A stretch of 64,000 nt of DNA from Microthyrium microscopicum (Eukaryota), in the NCBI GenBank assembly GCA_010405405.1, contig MU004238.1, forward strand, positions 11,530 to 75,529, given 5' to 3'. The translations under genes were made by a program, and so were the position numbers. The notes under the pieces are model-generated. The model searched no databases and was not told the origin of the DNA. It saw nothing but the letters and a program-made list of their open reading frames with translations. This document shows positions 12,851 to 25,099 of the stretch, piece by piece (the first letter of the stretch is position 1; each line of letters opens with the position of its first letter).

Positions 12851-14337
12851 GAATCACGTAACCTAAAGTTTAAAAAAACAGTATTCTAGAGAAGCTCACA
12901 TCAAACGATATATCGCCACTATTTGTAATGATTCCAGAAAGACCTCAGATTGATGGAAACTGGTTTCCATGAATTTTGAAGGAATCACACTATTTCGAAG
13001 GACCTCTGGATTTCTACCTAAGAGGGTATTTCTGTGGGTTTGTATACATAAATACAGGTGGCTAAAAGGGGCGAAAATAGGGGTATAAAAACAGGGGGTG
13101 AAATTATCTTGTAAGTTGTTGATAAGATCACGAGCTAGACCCAAGTCAGTTAGTGCGCCCGAGGATCTGCCGAGCGGACTTAACTTCCCTCCCAGATCTG
13201 CAGCCCTTCTGGATCTTCTTCTCTCTCTCTCCCGTTCGTAGATTCTAGAATACAATCTGATTTTCTGCTCGCTCCGAGTTCCGCAACTCGTCACACTGTT
13301 GTATCATGCCAATCTCGTTGATGGGCTTACATCCCAACACGTTCTTTCCGAGTCTATAGCAGTTGATAACTGCAAACGACCACGTCCTCTGTTCAGCCTT
13401 CGACTGGAAGTACATCAAGTCTGTAAACCGCTACGCCTTATAATTCGAACTCGATTTTTCCAACTCCCGACTATTGTTATCCTGGCTCAGTGACCATCCT
13501 CTACATAAGCGAAGAAAAGGCTTTGGGCTATCGCTTTGTTTTGGGCTACTCAAGAAAAACGCCATGAACCATCTGAAGCGATCGAGTTTTGGATTTGAAC
13601 CCACTTCAGCAAATGTATACTTGGCAAGTTACGCAGTCCGACTACTTGCAGGCAGAAATGAATTTATAAAGCTGTGAACCATTGCGACATAACTGAAAAG
13701 CCGCGCGCACCCTCGAATTTTACTCACCGGCTTTGGCATCTGGCTAGATATCTGGTTCACCAGTAGCCCCATGGAAGGCAACCATTGCCAAGATCCCAAA
13801 TCTACACTAAAAATAGCTTTGGAATGGCCGCCGTACACAATGTAAAGGTTCATGGACGACATTGTGATCGACATCATCCGCTCCTTACCACTGCATCTAT
13901 ACGAGATGCCAACCGGGAGCACATTCAGTGGTCGAGTATATCATAACACCCGTAGCGGAGGATGATTGCGCTCACCTCCATGTACTTGTACAGCTAAAAC
14001 CCCGATCCAAATGACCATGAAGCAAAAATTGCACGACCCTAGCCTTTGGTAGCTCAAATCGGTCATAAGTTACACCTCCGTTGGCCTGAAAGTAACAGTT
14101 GGTGTCACATAGGGACCAACAGACTCGTCACCAGTGCAGCACCTGATGGACACACACATGCTCTATTCGCAATACTAGTCATCGGAGGAGCTATCCAATG
14201 CTATACAATGTGGGCTCGGTGTCGATGCTGCAGAGCCAATGGTGGGTGTTCCAGAAATCTTCTCTGCTTTCACTGGAACTGGAATTATTGCGCCAGTTTT
14301 CAAGCTGAGAGGTTGATGTCCCAATACACGAGGAAGA

Positions 14338-14742
14338 GATCCGATCCCTCCGATAGTGAAGTCTCGCAGAGATCACCGTCGCTTTCAGATTGACACTCGT
14401 ATTCATCAGTGCTCACGTTTTCGGATATTCTGGCGACTTCTCGATCCAATCTCTCCGATAGTAAAGTCTCGCAGAGATCACCGTCGCTTTCAGATTGACA
14501 CTCGTATTCATCAGTGGTCTCGCTTTCGGATTCTCTGGCGACTTCTGATGGTGAAGGCTCGCAGAGATCACCGTCGCTTTCGAATTAACACTCGTATTCA
14601 TCAGTGCTCTTGTTTTCGGATTCTCTGGCGACTTTTTGATCCAATCTCTCCGATAGTGAAGTCTCGCAGAGATCACCGTCGCTTTCGAATTGACACTCGT
14701 ATTGTTCGGTGCTCTCGTTTTCGGATTCTCTAGCGACTTTTC
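14338..14742. repeat. Four-copy tandem repeat with unit spacings 105/90/105 bp (all multiples of 3), probably from a decayed gene
   Basis: Anchor ctcgcagagatcaccgtcgcttt recurs at ~14363, 14468, 14558 and 14663. Confidence 0.92.
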
Positions 14743-16751
14743 TCTTGGAGCTACGGCAATTACCGCGCCACGGCATAAGGTCTTCCAGGTGATAGTGCTT
14801 TCCGTTGAACTCCTTCATCTTCGTTATATGTCGGCTTTGGCGCCGGTCGACGCGATATGGTATCGGAACGACAATACCGGATAGCGCGAGGAGGACTACC
14901 AATCCCGACAATTGAAATACTGGAACTGGTTCCTTGGCCGCAGCCGACTGCCAGATATTGACCGTCACGATTGTTATCCAAGCCTTGGACTCTCCAAACA
15001 GAATATAGGTCGACGACCTACTCTGTCCTTGGCATGACTACCATCGAGCATCCCGGTTCCACTAGCATTTTACCCCAGACTTAAACTGGTTTGTGATCAC
15101 TGTTCTCCATCGACACGCTTGATGTTCCACAAATGAGGGAACATAACGAATGAACTCGAAGAAGTTATCAAACTTCCTGACGTGTTTGCATACTTTGCCA
15201 AAGGCGACCTAAAGATCTACCGGGTAGAGTACGACGACGGCGTCACTGCAGCAAAAGAGTGGCTCTTAAGATATACCAACGAGAAGACCGCCTCTTATAT
15301 AATCTCGTTTAACTAGTGCTTGTACTCAGCTGCTTGTATGCCTGAAGCAGATTCGAGGGCCCTCGTCTTGTTTCCGACCGGGGCAATTGTCTATTTCACT
15401 TGGATAACGTCCCATGGGTGGCCACCATGAAAAACTGTGAACACTACTTCCCAACCATTGAATTTATCAAAGATTCAGCTGAGCAGACAGGCTGGCGAAA
15501 GGTCGTGCATGAGGCTCGACTAATCACTAATATGACCACCACAATGGGCGTCGATATTCTTCGAAAACACCAGCCAAGGGTGGAAGCGATGTGTCGGCCC
15601 AATGGAGCTGTTCTGTACTGCACGCGAGCCATTCTTGGTTGTCTGGTGATCAACAAACTGACCCGCTGAAATAGGCGCATTCATCGACAAAGTCGGCAAC
15701 GCTGCTCCGCTTGTTTAGAGCAGCCATCACAATCGGAGAGGGTAAGCGGGTGGTATGGTTGCCGGGCGTGTCTGAATGTATGTGTAATCACTACAATTGC
15801 CTGCCTAGCAGATGCGCCTGCGCTGACAAGACTAGCAAACGTCGAAGTAGTTCTGCTAATTGACTGCTCACTTGTCGAGTATCTGATTTTTGTATGCTCA
15901 GGGGCTATTGCCTTGTTATCTGATCCGTCACACGTCAAGACTCAAGAGACTCACAGTACTCGATGTGATAGGTTCATGGGAAACTATTACAAAGATCCAA
16001 GTCTTCAGCATGACAATGATTCAGGGAGTAATTGTTTACATTTGCATTCTTGCGAGCGGTTTGGTGAGTCCCGTTCTCCTCAGGGAAAAAATGGCACAGT
16101 GCAGCAAGCGACTTCATAAGTTGAATCGTTTCCGCTGACGAAAAGAACGTGACCACATATAAGGTCGCTAGTATCGAGCCTGGGTCCAACAGCCAATGCA
16201 CCGAGGTTTGGTCTTGGGAGTGATTATCGTTCTCCAGTTACAGACGACGTATGTGAGAGCTTCGGCATTAAAAATTAGGTAGGTTTCATGGGCGATGCTT
16301 CAACAACGAATACCCGTGGACGGATAACCATCTTTCTACGTTCAACAACGACGTAGACAAGGTCTTCAGAATCGAGACTGGGTTTAATACCTTTGGGCCG
16401 TCATGTTGTGGAAATCAGCAGCTCCTGTAGCTTTTCAAAGATCAAGAAATCCATATCGCTTCGTTTTGTTCTGGTTCGACAGGAAATGATGAAATACACA
16501 TCTTGGTGGAAGGATTACGATACACTCTCCGTGCCCGGGGGGATTTTGGATGTCACTGGTATGTCTCTTGAAAGGAGTCCAAAGGACCCCCAGGCAAAAG
16601 TCTTGATCGACTTGTTCAATTTCTCTCTGTATCAAGGTGCATAAATTGACTATGTCTACTTGGTTACATGGTTCGCGCCAACTGTGCATGGTAATAGGTC
16701 CTGAATCATCAAATCTGGCAGAGGAGAAAGCATCACCACAATCAGCGTGTA

Positions 16752-16945
16752 CGAATCCACCTTGATCTTCGAACTGTCGTCGAATTCCTTTGTCTAGCTC
16801 TTGTTGTGTGGGTTCTTGGAATGGGGTGGTGCGAGGCTAGCGTGTCTGAATCCACCATCAGCCTTGATCTTCGAACTGCCGTCGAATATCTTTGTCTAGC
16901 TCTTGTTGTGTGGGTTCTTGAAATGGGGAGGTGCGAGGCGCTATG
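16752..16945 (-). repeat. Two tandem (102-bp spacing) truncated copies of the 5' end of the coiled-coil gene at 22620
   Basis: Reverse complement of 16862-16944 reads IAPRTSPFQEPTQQELDKDIRRQFEDQG, versus MAPRTSRFHEPTQEELDKDVRRLFEDQG at 22620. The start ATG is ATA here. The second copy begins at 16760. Confidence 0.85.
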
Positions 16946-19900
16946 AAGAAGAGAATGAGTATCTAAGAAGGCGTTTAGTTATACTGATAAAAATCCATTA
17001 TGTAGATCACTTCCAGTCTTTTATCAGCCAGGAGCTTCAACTTGTCAAAGCTTTGCGTTTCTAGATGCTTATTGCTTCCGCAGCAGGTGCAGTCTTGCGT
17101 GAGGGCATGCATACAACCGGTTAGCTCGATATTGTGGATTTTGGGTAATCTTCATGTACATCTGCGGAGCTTTCATCTTGAGTGAGGAGATTAAGTTGGA
17201 CTTTTCCGACAACATAATGATAGTGAGTGCAATATATCAACATTGACATGACAATGATGGACCATGTTCATTGACAGTTCGAAGCATTTACGTTTATGCG
17301 TGCAAAGACTGAATCGCCATTTGCACGATGGTCCATTTTTCCATCCAAGGATGGTTAGCAATGGCAAAATATGATCCAAGGGCATACCGGAACTATTAGA
17401 CCCCGTAGTTTCGAACTCGAATCGAACATTATTTTTTTGCAAACTGGGTAAATAATGTCCTCTCCTTGTTCCTTAAGTCAAACGTCACCGAGCTCAACCA
17501 CTCACTGAAGATCAAGCCTGATCGTGATTTATGGCATGAGCATGGTTGTCTGAGCATTTTCTGTGCAGGATTATGGTTCTTTCGAAAAGAAGACCTGTAC
17601 CCGCTGCATGTATACCCGTGGGCGCATATAACGGATCACCTCCTTCCAGTTCGTCGGGTTCTGATGACTCTCGTCTGCCGTTGCGATATTGTCTCTCCAG
17701 CCGGAGTGCTGTTGGAACAAGATCAATGTCCCATCTCAGGTCGTGTTGTAGAAGATCCTTTGACCTTCCATCTCATGGGGTTGCCGCGACAGGATGTGAT
17801 GGAACGATTCTTGCCTTTGTCAAAGGATAAAAGTTTGATTGCCTTCTCCGCCACACAAGAATCGCAATGGTATACAAGTCTCAAGGACCATAAGAAAGGA
17901 GGAAGACTAACAACACCAGAAAGCCTTTAGAGAATGACCACGAAACTGCTGATTTATGCAATAGCTGGGGAAATGGTGAGAAAGTGCGAATCAAACAAGT
18001 CAGTAAGGCACTGCACATGGCGTTACCGAGTCAGAAAATTGTTTCCATGGGAATCATATTTGGTGAGAGCGGCCGTTTTAGTGGAATTTCTTGTCATACG
18101 CGATCACTGAGGTAAAAGTAGACTAATGATAAAGTCTTGCCGATGGGGCTAGGGATAATCTGCGCTGCTTCTCGCCGTTCACATATCGTCTTGGCCAATC
18201 CAGTCACATGAAGATAGCCGAACATCGTGACTGAGACATAGAGCTGAAAATGGCACGAAATGATCCAATGGAGTGACAGCCACCTATAGGTTATGCATTG
18301 TGTTGAGGTCCTGAATGTAAGACGCAGACCATGAATCCTTACCTAGACGAGGAGTGCGCCGTGGAATTTGAAGATATTTGGGTTTGACTTTAAATCTTCT
18401 GAGAAGCGGCAACAAGTCATTTTGACCTGTTTGACGTAACAAGTCCAAACAGGCCAAAGAAGAAGCAAAGGCGTGCTCCAGAAGGTCAGTGGAGAGACGC
18501 AGGATGAACACGCTCGACGCGAGAGATCTTGATAAGGGAGAGGATGGATTGGCGTGAAAGTAAAGTTGGCCAAGTCTGGTGGATCATTTCATGGACGTTG
18601 GAGACATAGAAGATGTAGTCGCTCTCTGTGAAGCCAACGCAGCTGTCGATGTATCTTAAAGCATAACATGAGGGGAGAAAGTGCGCCTCGGTGCTGTCGC
18701 TCAGTCAAAGTTCGTGGTATCTTAACAAATTCTGACCTCGTAGACATATAGTGGCGCTACATGTTAATCTCTGCCTCTTCTGTGCTTCTTCAATAGCGAT
18801 TGAGCTTGACGATCACTGACTTCACGTTATTGTCTTGACGTGGGAACGTAAGCTCAAGCTTGATATTGCGTCCAAAATCTCCTTCCTTTGAAGGTAATTC
18901 ATCGTGCTGCGCCAAAGTAATGCAGTGTATTTGCAGAATATGCATATTCGTTTTGCTACAAGAGTGAGAGAGGAGTGACGATTATAAGATATGGACAACA
19001 TGTGCGTTTAGTGATCAAATTGGCACCGGCGGCGAATGAGGGAGGGGAAGTATGGCCTTTGTGCAATCCTGTCCGATTACAGGCAGGCTATGAGAGCAAA
19101 TGATACAATGGGTTGACATCTGAACGTCCAAGGTGATGATATTGTTCCTTGGAGGAAACGGTCAGGACTCAAGACGAAAAGTTTGCGATGGCGAGTGCCC
19201 AGGGAGATTGTCATGTGCCAGGTATCTGAGATTTCACTGTTGCTTCCATGTCGCCATGATGCTTGGAATTGCTCTGCTTATCAAGCAGGCATGCGTGGTG
19301 AAGCGTACCATTCGCAGGAGTGCCATGAAATGGACGATGATAACAGGCAACGGAGGCGCATGCCCAAAATCATTACGCGTCAGTCAGATCTAAGGTCCAC
19401 ATCTGCATCCTCATACATTGATCTTACATAATTGCTCCTCACCATGTGGAAATAAATCGGCCAAGCACAGAGTACTAGTGTGGATATCTACCCAAGACTT
19501 ACCTATCATAATGGCAGTGAGCCTCGACAATGAATACACTAAGACTCGTTGAAATTCACGAGAGCTATTGTAATCAGTCATTTACGGGTTCCTTGTGGTA
19601 TGTAAATCTCCCTTCCTGGCAGTTTTCAAAAGTCGATTTAACCTTGATCGCGAAGACGGTACTCAGGTACCCGGTTCCCATGTAGCATTGCAGAGGTGGC
19701 TGGTCTCAAGGTGGTTCCAATTGCGAAAAGAGATATGTTGATTGGAGATTGTCGAAACTGGATGTTACATACCGTAAACGAGAAGGCCCTAGATGTGGCT
19801 CCCATGTACAAACAAGTGAATCGTTTGGATGAAGTTCCCATTAATTACTATGGCTGCCGTCATACTTATCAAAGAGTGACTGCTTGAATTCCCATCAACT

Positions 19901-20465
19901 TCGTAAAATGGATGATCGAATCGATAGTGACTGGAGGAGTCGCTCTTTCAAGAGTAGCCATCGTAATCGATGGGAATAGTTGTTGTAACGGCTCACTTGG
20001 AAACGGCTATCGGTAGAGGAGTCAATGGTATGACGCGTAATAACAAACTTTGGTATGATTGCAACCTTGATAAAGCATAGAAACCTCAGAATGGGGGTGT
20101 GAGAACCTCTTTTGGACCGTACAGCACGTTGTAGGCTGATGTGAACAGGTTTGGCCGCGCCATACGCGTCATAAATGGCAGGGAAGTTACATATGGTTCT
20201 CCCATCTTATACGATAAACTGCTTGAACCTCAACATCCTTGATAGCACGTAAAGCACTCGATCAAAGAGCGTAGCGTCTGGGACCCGGCAAGGCTGATGG
20301 GCTCCCACCACAACACCTCTTAGTCAGAAGCGAAGTTATGAGAGAACGCCAATTAGTGCCATATTTTATGAAAGCGACAGAGCATGGCCTGGGTCATTTG
20401 AAAACAGCTATATTGATACAATCTTAGAGTACACCTGAAGTACATTGGCGCCGTCATACCTGCCC

Positions 20466-22620
20466 TTATTTGCCTGATTCAATCTGGTATTTGTGTTTCC
20501 AATGACCCACAACTTCTCTCCACTGTTCAATTTCGTCACTCAGCGCCTTGATTGTACTCGCTTGTGTACTGATGATGGACGGCATACTTTCGTCGACCGC
20601 CGACAATCGCTCCTCCATGGCAAGTAATCTGTCCTGCACATCTTCCAAAACTTCGCACATGTTCTTGGCATTTTGATGGCCTTGAATGGCCAATCGCTGA
20701 TTAGTGTCAATTGCAGCCTTACAGCCTGTGTGAACTACCTTCAGCTCTTGCACTCGCAGAGTTGCAGCTGCAAGACGTCGTTCAGCTTCTTGGCGCTTTT
20801 GGCGCAGATCCCAGTAAGCGGCGAGAGCCGTGTCAAAGTCGTGAATTGATCTTGCGCGGTTTGATGTAACGAACTGCGGTCTGTTCATCTTCTCGAAAAA
20901 CCGTTCCGCGCTTGCATGGGCGGATTGAAGGGAACTTTCAAGAGTTGAACTTTTTTTGGTAAGCTGTTCTACAGTCGCTTCGAGGGAAAAGGAGCGTTCT
21001 TCGGAGGTGTGGAGGTTGTGTGCCAGTGGTTCTAGTTCTTGGATCTTCACCTTGAGCTCTTCGATTTCTTGGTCCTTTTTGGCCAGCAAGGTAGTTTGCT
21101 CAACAATCTTTTGGCCCTTTTCCCAAATAAGGTTTCGTTGTGTCTGGTCTACCCCAGCGAGGTTGGTGTTTGTGGTGTAGATTGAGGAGAGCTCAGTGTT
21201 GAGATCTAAGTTTTGGGCTTCTAGTTTTCTTGACACCTTTTTTAGGCTCTGTATTTCTTCAACAAGAGATTGGATCTCGGCGGTTTGGTCACCGGCCGTT
21301 GTGTCGACGAAGATTAGTCTTTTAACTTGAAGGCTGAGCTCCGATACTCTTGCGACCTCTTGATCATAGCGAGATTCCATAACTCGATACTCGTTTTTGA
21401 GGTCAGAAACTTGGTTGTCGAGATTTGCAATGCGATCAATTTGAGCTTGATTGACTTTGCTTGTCTCTTGCAACGTTGCGATGCGGTCTGCTTGAGCCTG
21501 ATTGTCTTTGCTTTTCTCCTGCAGCTGGAATGACAATTCCTTTTCTTTGGCCCGTAACGTTACGATGTCTTTTATTTACAGCTTCAAGCTGCTTTGGGTG
21601 GCCACTTGGGCATTGAGCTTAGTGATTTCTTGCTCAAGTTGAAATACACGGTTTGATTCAATAGGAGCAGTGTTTGTCGGGCGTTCGTTAGAAGAGGTTT
21701 GGCTATCTAGGCCAATAGTAGATGGGGAGTGTTTGCTGGTCAAGCTGGGTGTTGAGAGATTCAATAGCGGTTTTGTGAGATATGATTTGGGACTGCATAT
21801 CCTCGATTTCCATCTGTTGGATTTTGGCAGCCAAGTCTTTGTCAGCACGAGCGGAATCAAGATCTGTCTCTAGATCGTTGATCTGTTGCTTTGCCAAAGA
21901 CAATTCATCGAGAAGCTTGGTAACTTCGGCTTCAGCCTTTTCATTCTCTCTTTTGGACTGTTCGAGATCGGTTTTCAAGGTAGCATAGTTGTCTTGAGCT
22001 ACATTGTTGTCGTTGATCAAGGTTTGGAGATCTTTGCGAAAACGTTCGAGAGTTTCCTTGGTCATGCGGGCATCAGCTGTGGTGGTTTGGAGGTTGGCCT
22101 TGGCTTGTTCCAACTCGGAATTGATACGACGGTTTTCCCGTACCATTTCGTCTAGCCCATTGAACTTTCCGGCTACCGCATCTTCACGAGCCTTCGAGGC
22201 GGCTGTATCAGCAGTTTCTCTGCTGATGTACTTAGCTTGGAAGGCATCGCACGCTACTACAGCTTCTATATGCTCCTTCATTTCGCTATTCATGTCGTTG
22301 AAGACGTTGGTAAGCATTTCTAGAATGGGCATGGGCCTAGGTTGTGGTCGTATCCGTTGTAGGCCGTAGCGTGCGAGCAAGTGAAGTGTATGGCCAGAGA
22401 AGGATTCCTATTCCTTCCGAAGCCGTTGTTCTTCCTAATGCTCTTCCTCCTTACTAATGGCTTCCAATAGCTTTTCCGAATTGCGTGTGAAATGCAATCC
22501 ACATTGCTCTATTGGGTAGTCCAGCTCCCATTTCAGGCCTTGGTCTTCGAAAAGTCGTCGAACATCTTTATCTAGTTCTTCCTGTGTGGGCTCGTGGAAA
22601 CGGGAGGTGCGGGGCGCCAT
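20466..22620 (-). pseudogene. Long coiled-coil protein of unknown function (~715 codons), inactivated
   Basis: Heptad-rich ORFs 22435-22620, 21703-22380, 21576-21860 and 20466-21536 join via TAG 22435, TAG 22408, a frameshift near 21740 and TAA 21576. Confidence 0.8.
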
Positions 22621-23389
22621 TGGAGAGGGTGAGGATGATCGTTAGTCCGATATAGAGCATATTTGCTGAAGAGCTCCTTAGAAACACGGCATCTCCCATC
22701 GCACTCGATGACTGCCATGAACTGTGATGGGAGATGCTGCTTTTTCTGCCAATGTTCATAGCACCATTTGCTCTTTTTACTGACCATCTCTATGCCAAGG
22801 ATCAGAAAGCATACGCTTCAGGCTTGAACATGCTACGTCGTGACTCTGATGTTGCCCTGGGAGTACTTTGGGAATGAGTCAAATGAACCACAAGCATTCT
22901 CAGCACGATCTGTATAGAGATTACTCAGACCCTTTGAAAGCAATGGATTCGGGAATTACCTCTACGGCAGTTCGTTCTACAGCAGTTCGTTCTCCAATAC
23001 TTGCCCATGGCCAAGCGGGGTTGCTACTAGTGTTCCACTGTCATTGACCGCTCATATATTTGTGTATATGTTGACGAGCAAACTTGGTATTTTGGTTGCA
23101 GGGCTAAGTCACAGTAGTGGAAGAGACATGAGTTTTTGCCGCTAATGTATTGACAATAGAACCGCAACCTGTCCAAATATACTGCACTCAGATTGCAACC
23201 GCAAGATAACCCGAAAGTGTTCTCAGTGTTGAGAGCATGGACAGTTGGTTGAACTAGCCTCCAGAGTGCAGCATTGGATGTCAAGAATAAATACAAGATG
23301 ATGAACCCGATAATGAACCAATTGTGCCGCAAGACCACAAATAACCCAGTGAACACTTGGGAGTTGTCAACAACAAGCGAAATCCACAA

Positions 23390-24873
23390 CTAAAATCCAT
23401 AGGGATTGGAAGAATCGCCTTCGAAAGCATCCACCGTCTTCTCGAATCCCATATCCTCGAAGGCTTCGGTCAGGTCAGAGACACCCGCCTGAGAGTACTG
23501 CTTGAAGAATGCGGACTCCGCCGCAAGTGTTTCCCATGGGTTGGGTCGCTTTCCCACCACAAGGCCGAGGCGGACACGCTGTTCCTGTTTCTTGGTTAGC
23601 TCAAATTTCAAATCCTAGGTATTTGCTTGAACTTACCTCAAGACTGAGAGCGGGCACATCACGTCTTTCATCGTCTTTTCGACACTTTGTGCGTAGCGAC
23701 TCTGGGAGAGCATCCCATGGCAGAGTGTAGCCGTAGGCGATGTTGGTCTGCACCGCCACGCACTCTGCCATGGTGATGTCAACATCTTGACCATCATCAA
23801 CCTTCAGCTTCCAATTGACCGCCATCTGGACGTCCCAGATTGGAGTGACCTGTCCTTGGGAAGTCATGAGCTTGAAGAACAAAACTTCTCCACTAGGATA
23901 TGCCGCAACGCGTTCCTTTCAATGGCTCCCATAGCACCCGGACCGAGATGGATTCTACGGGAGCCATCGAATGCGCTTCCAGCCACCGCGAGGTTCTAAT
24001 ATCGTTTCTAAGGGACTCTTACGCCCATTCCTAGTTTTGGGAAAGCCTCATCTATAGCATACCAATAGCGAATTGACCTACCTTCACATTCTACTAGCTT
24101 CTACACAAACAAACTCTTAGAATAATCTCACTACTACGAGTTTTCGAATCGGTAGTTCGTTTTTTAAATTCTATCTATTTCTACCCTTCCTAGCTCTTCC
24201 TACGATTTAGTCAGCTTGGTCTCTGCAATCAGAGTGAAAAAAGACTTGCCTCGACGGTGAGATTGGGAACGCCCCGACGGTCATTGTCTTTGCCGCACTT
24301 TATGCGGAGGCTCTCCGGAAGCGCGTCTTCGGGAAGACGGTAGCCATACGCGATTCGAGTTTGGATGGTTTTGATTTCGCCGTTGGTGATGTCAATTCCA
24401 TGACCATAGTCGACCTTCAGTTGCCAGTTGACGGCAAGGCTCACCTCGCCTAACGGCATGACCTCGCCATCCTTGGAGTTCATCAGTTTGAGAAACATGG
24501 CCTTGCCTCTACCATCAGCAGCGGCAGCCTGGACATTGGCTCCTGTTGACGTGCCTGGGCCGCTGACTGCCACTGCCTTGTGCATCTTGCGTATGTAACC
24601 CTTGAATGGTGTCATCCAGGCCATGCCTTTCTTTTCCAACTCTCTGGGATCGAAACCCAGGTGGAACTCGAGATGATCGAAAATATGGGTCGAATCGTTC
24701 CCAGGTGAGTTCACGAGCCCCGACGCTAAGGTTGTTCTTCTTGTCGACCCAGCCGACAGACATGTTTTTACCACAACCAACATAGAGATGGGTGCCTGGT
24801 GGCGGTAGGGTGACATCTGGGAAGGGATCGTCAAGGCGCACACGGATGCCGACAACTTTGTGGTCGATGACAT
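23390..24873 (-). pseudogene. Decayed gene(s) carrying two copies of an unrecognised ~90-aa domain
   Basis: FKLM..GxV.P...V..AVNW.LKVD.G...DIT..E....QT.IAYGY.LP.DALPESLR.KC.KD..RR.VP.L..E occurs at 23601-23882 and ~24229-24498. There are frameshifts, and a TpA-rich, stop-riddled spacer at ~24000-24200. Confidence 0.75.
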
Positions 24874-25099
24874 ATGGCCTAGAAATGATTTTTAGTCAAC
24901 GCAAAGATGATTTGGCCGGCGCACTGATAAATGGTTTCACGCAGAATGTTGAGCGAGTTCTAAAGAAGAAAAGTTACTGGATATTTGTCTGGTTATAGGT
25001 AGATGGCAGCGGCGTCTGGGAACTTGTTGCAAGGGCGCTGTTACTTTTATCTACCGGTGGCTGATCCCTTGATACCAACCGAGATTCCCCACTTGCGGG

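Noticed and set aside
13629..13922. Reverse-transcriptase remnant (FMDD on the plus strand)
   Set aside because: No other RT motifs in frame; a four-residue match is not evidence.
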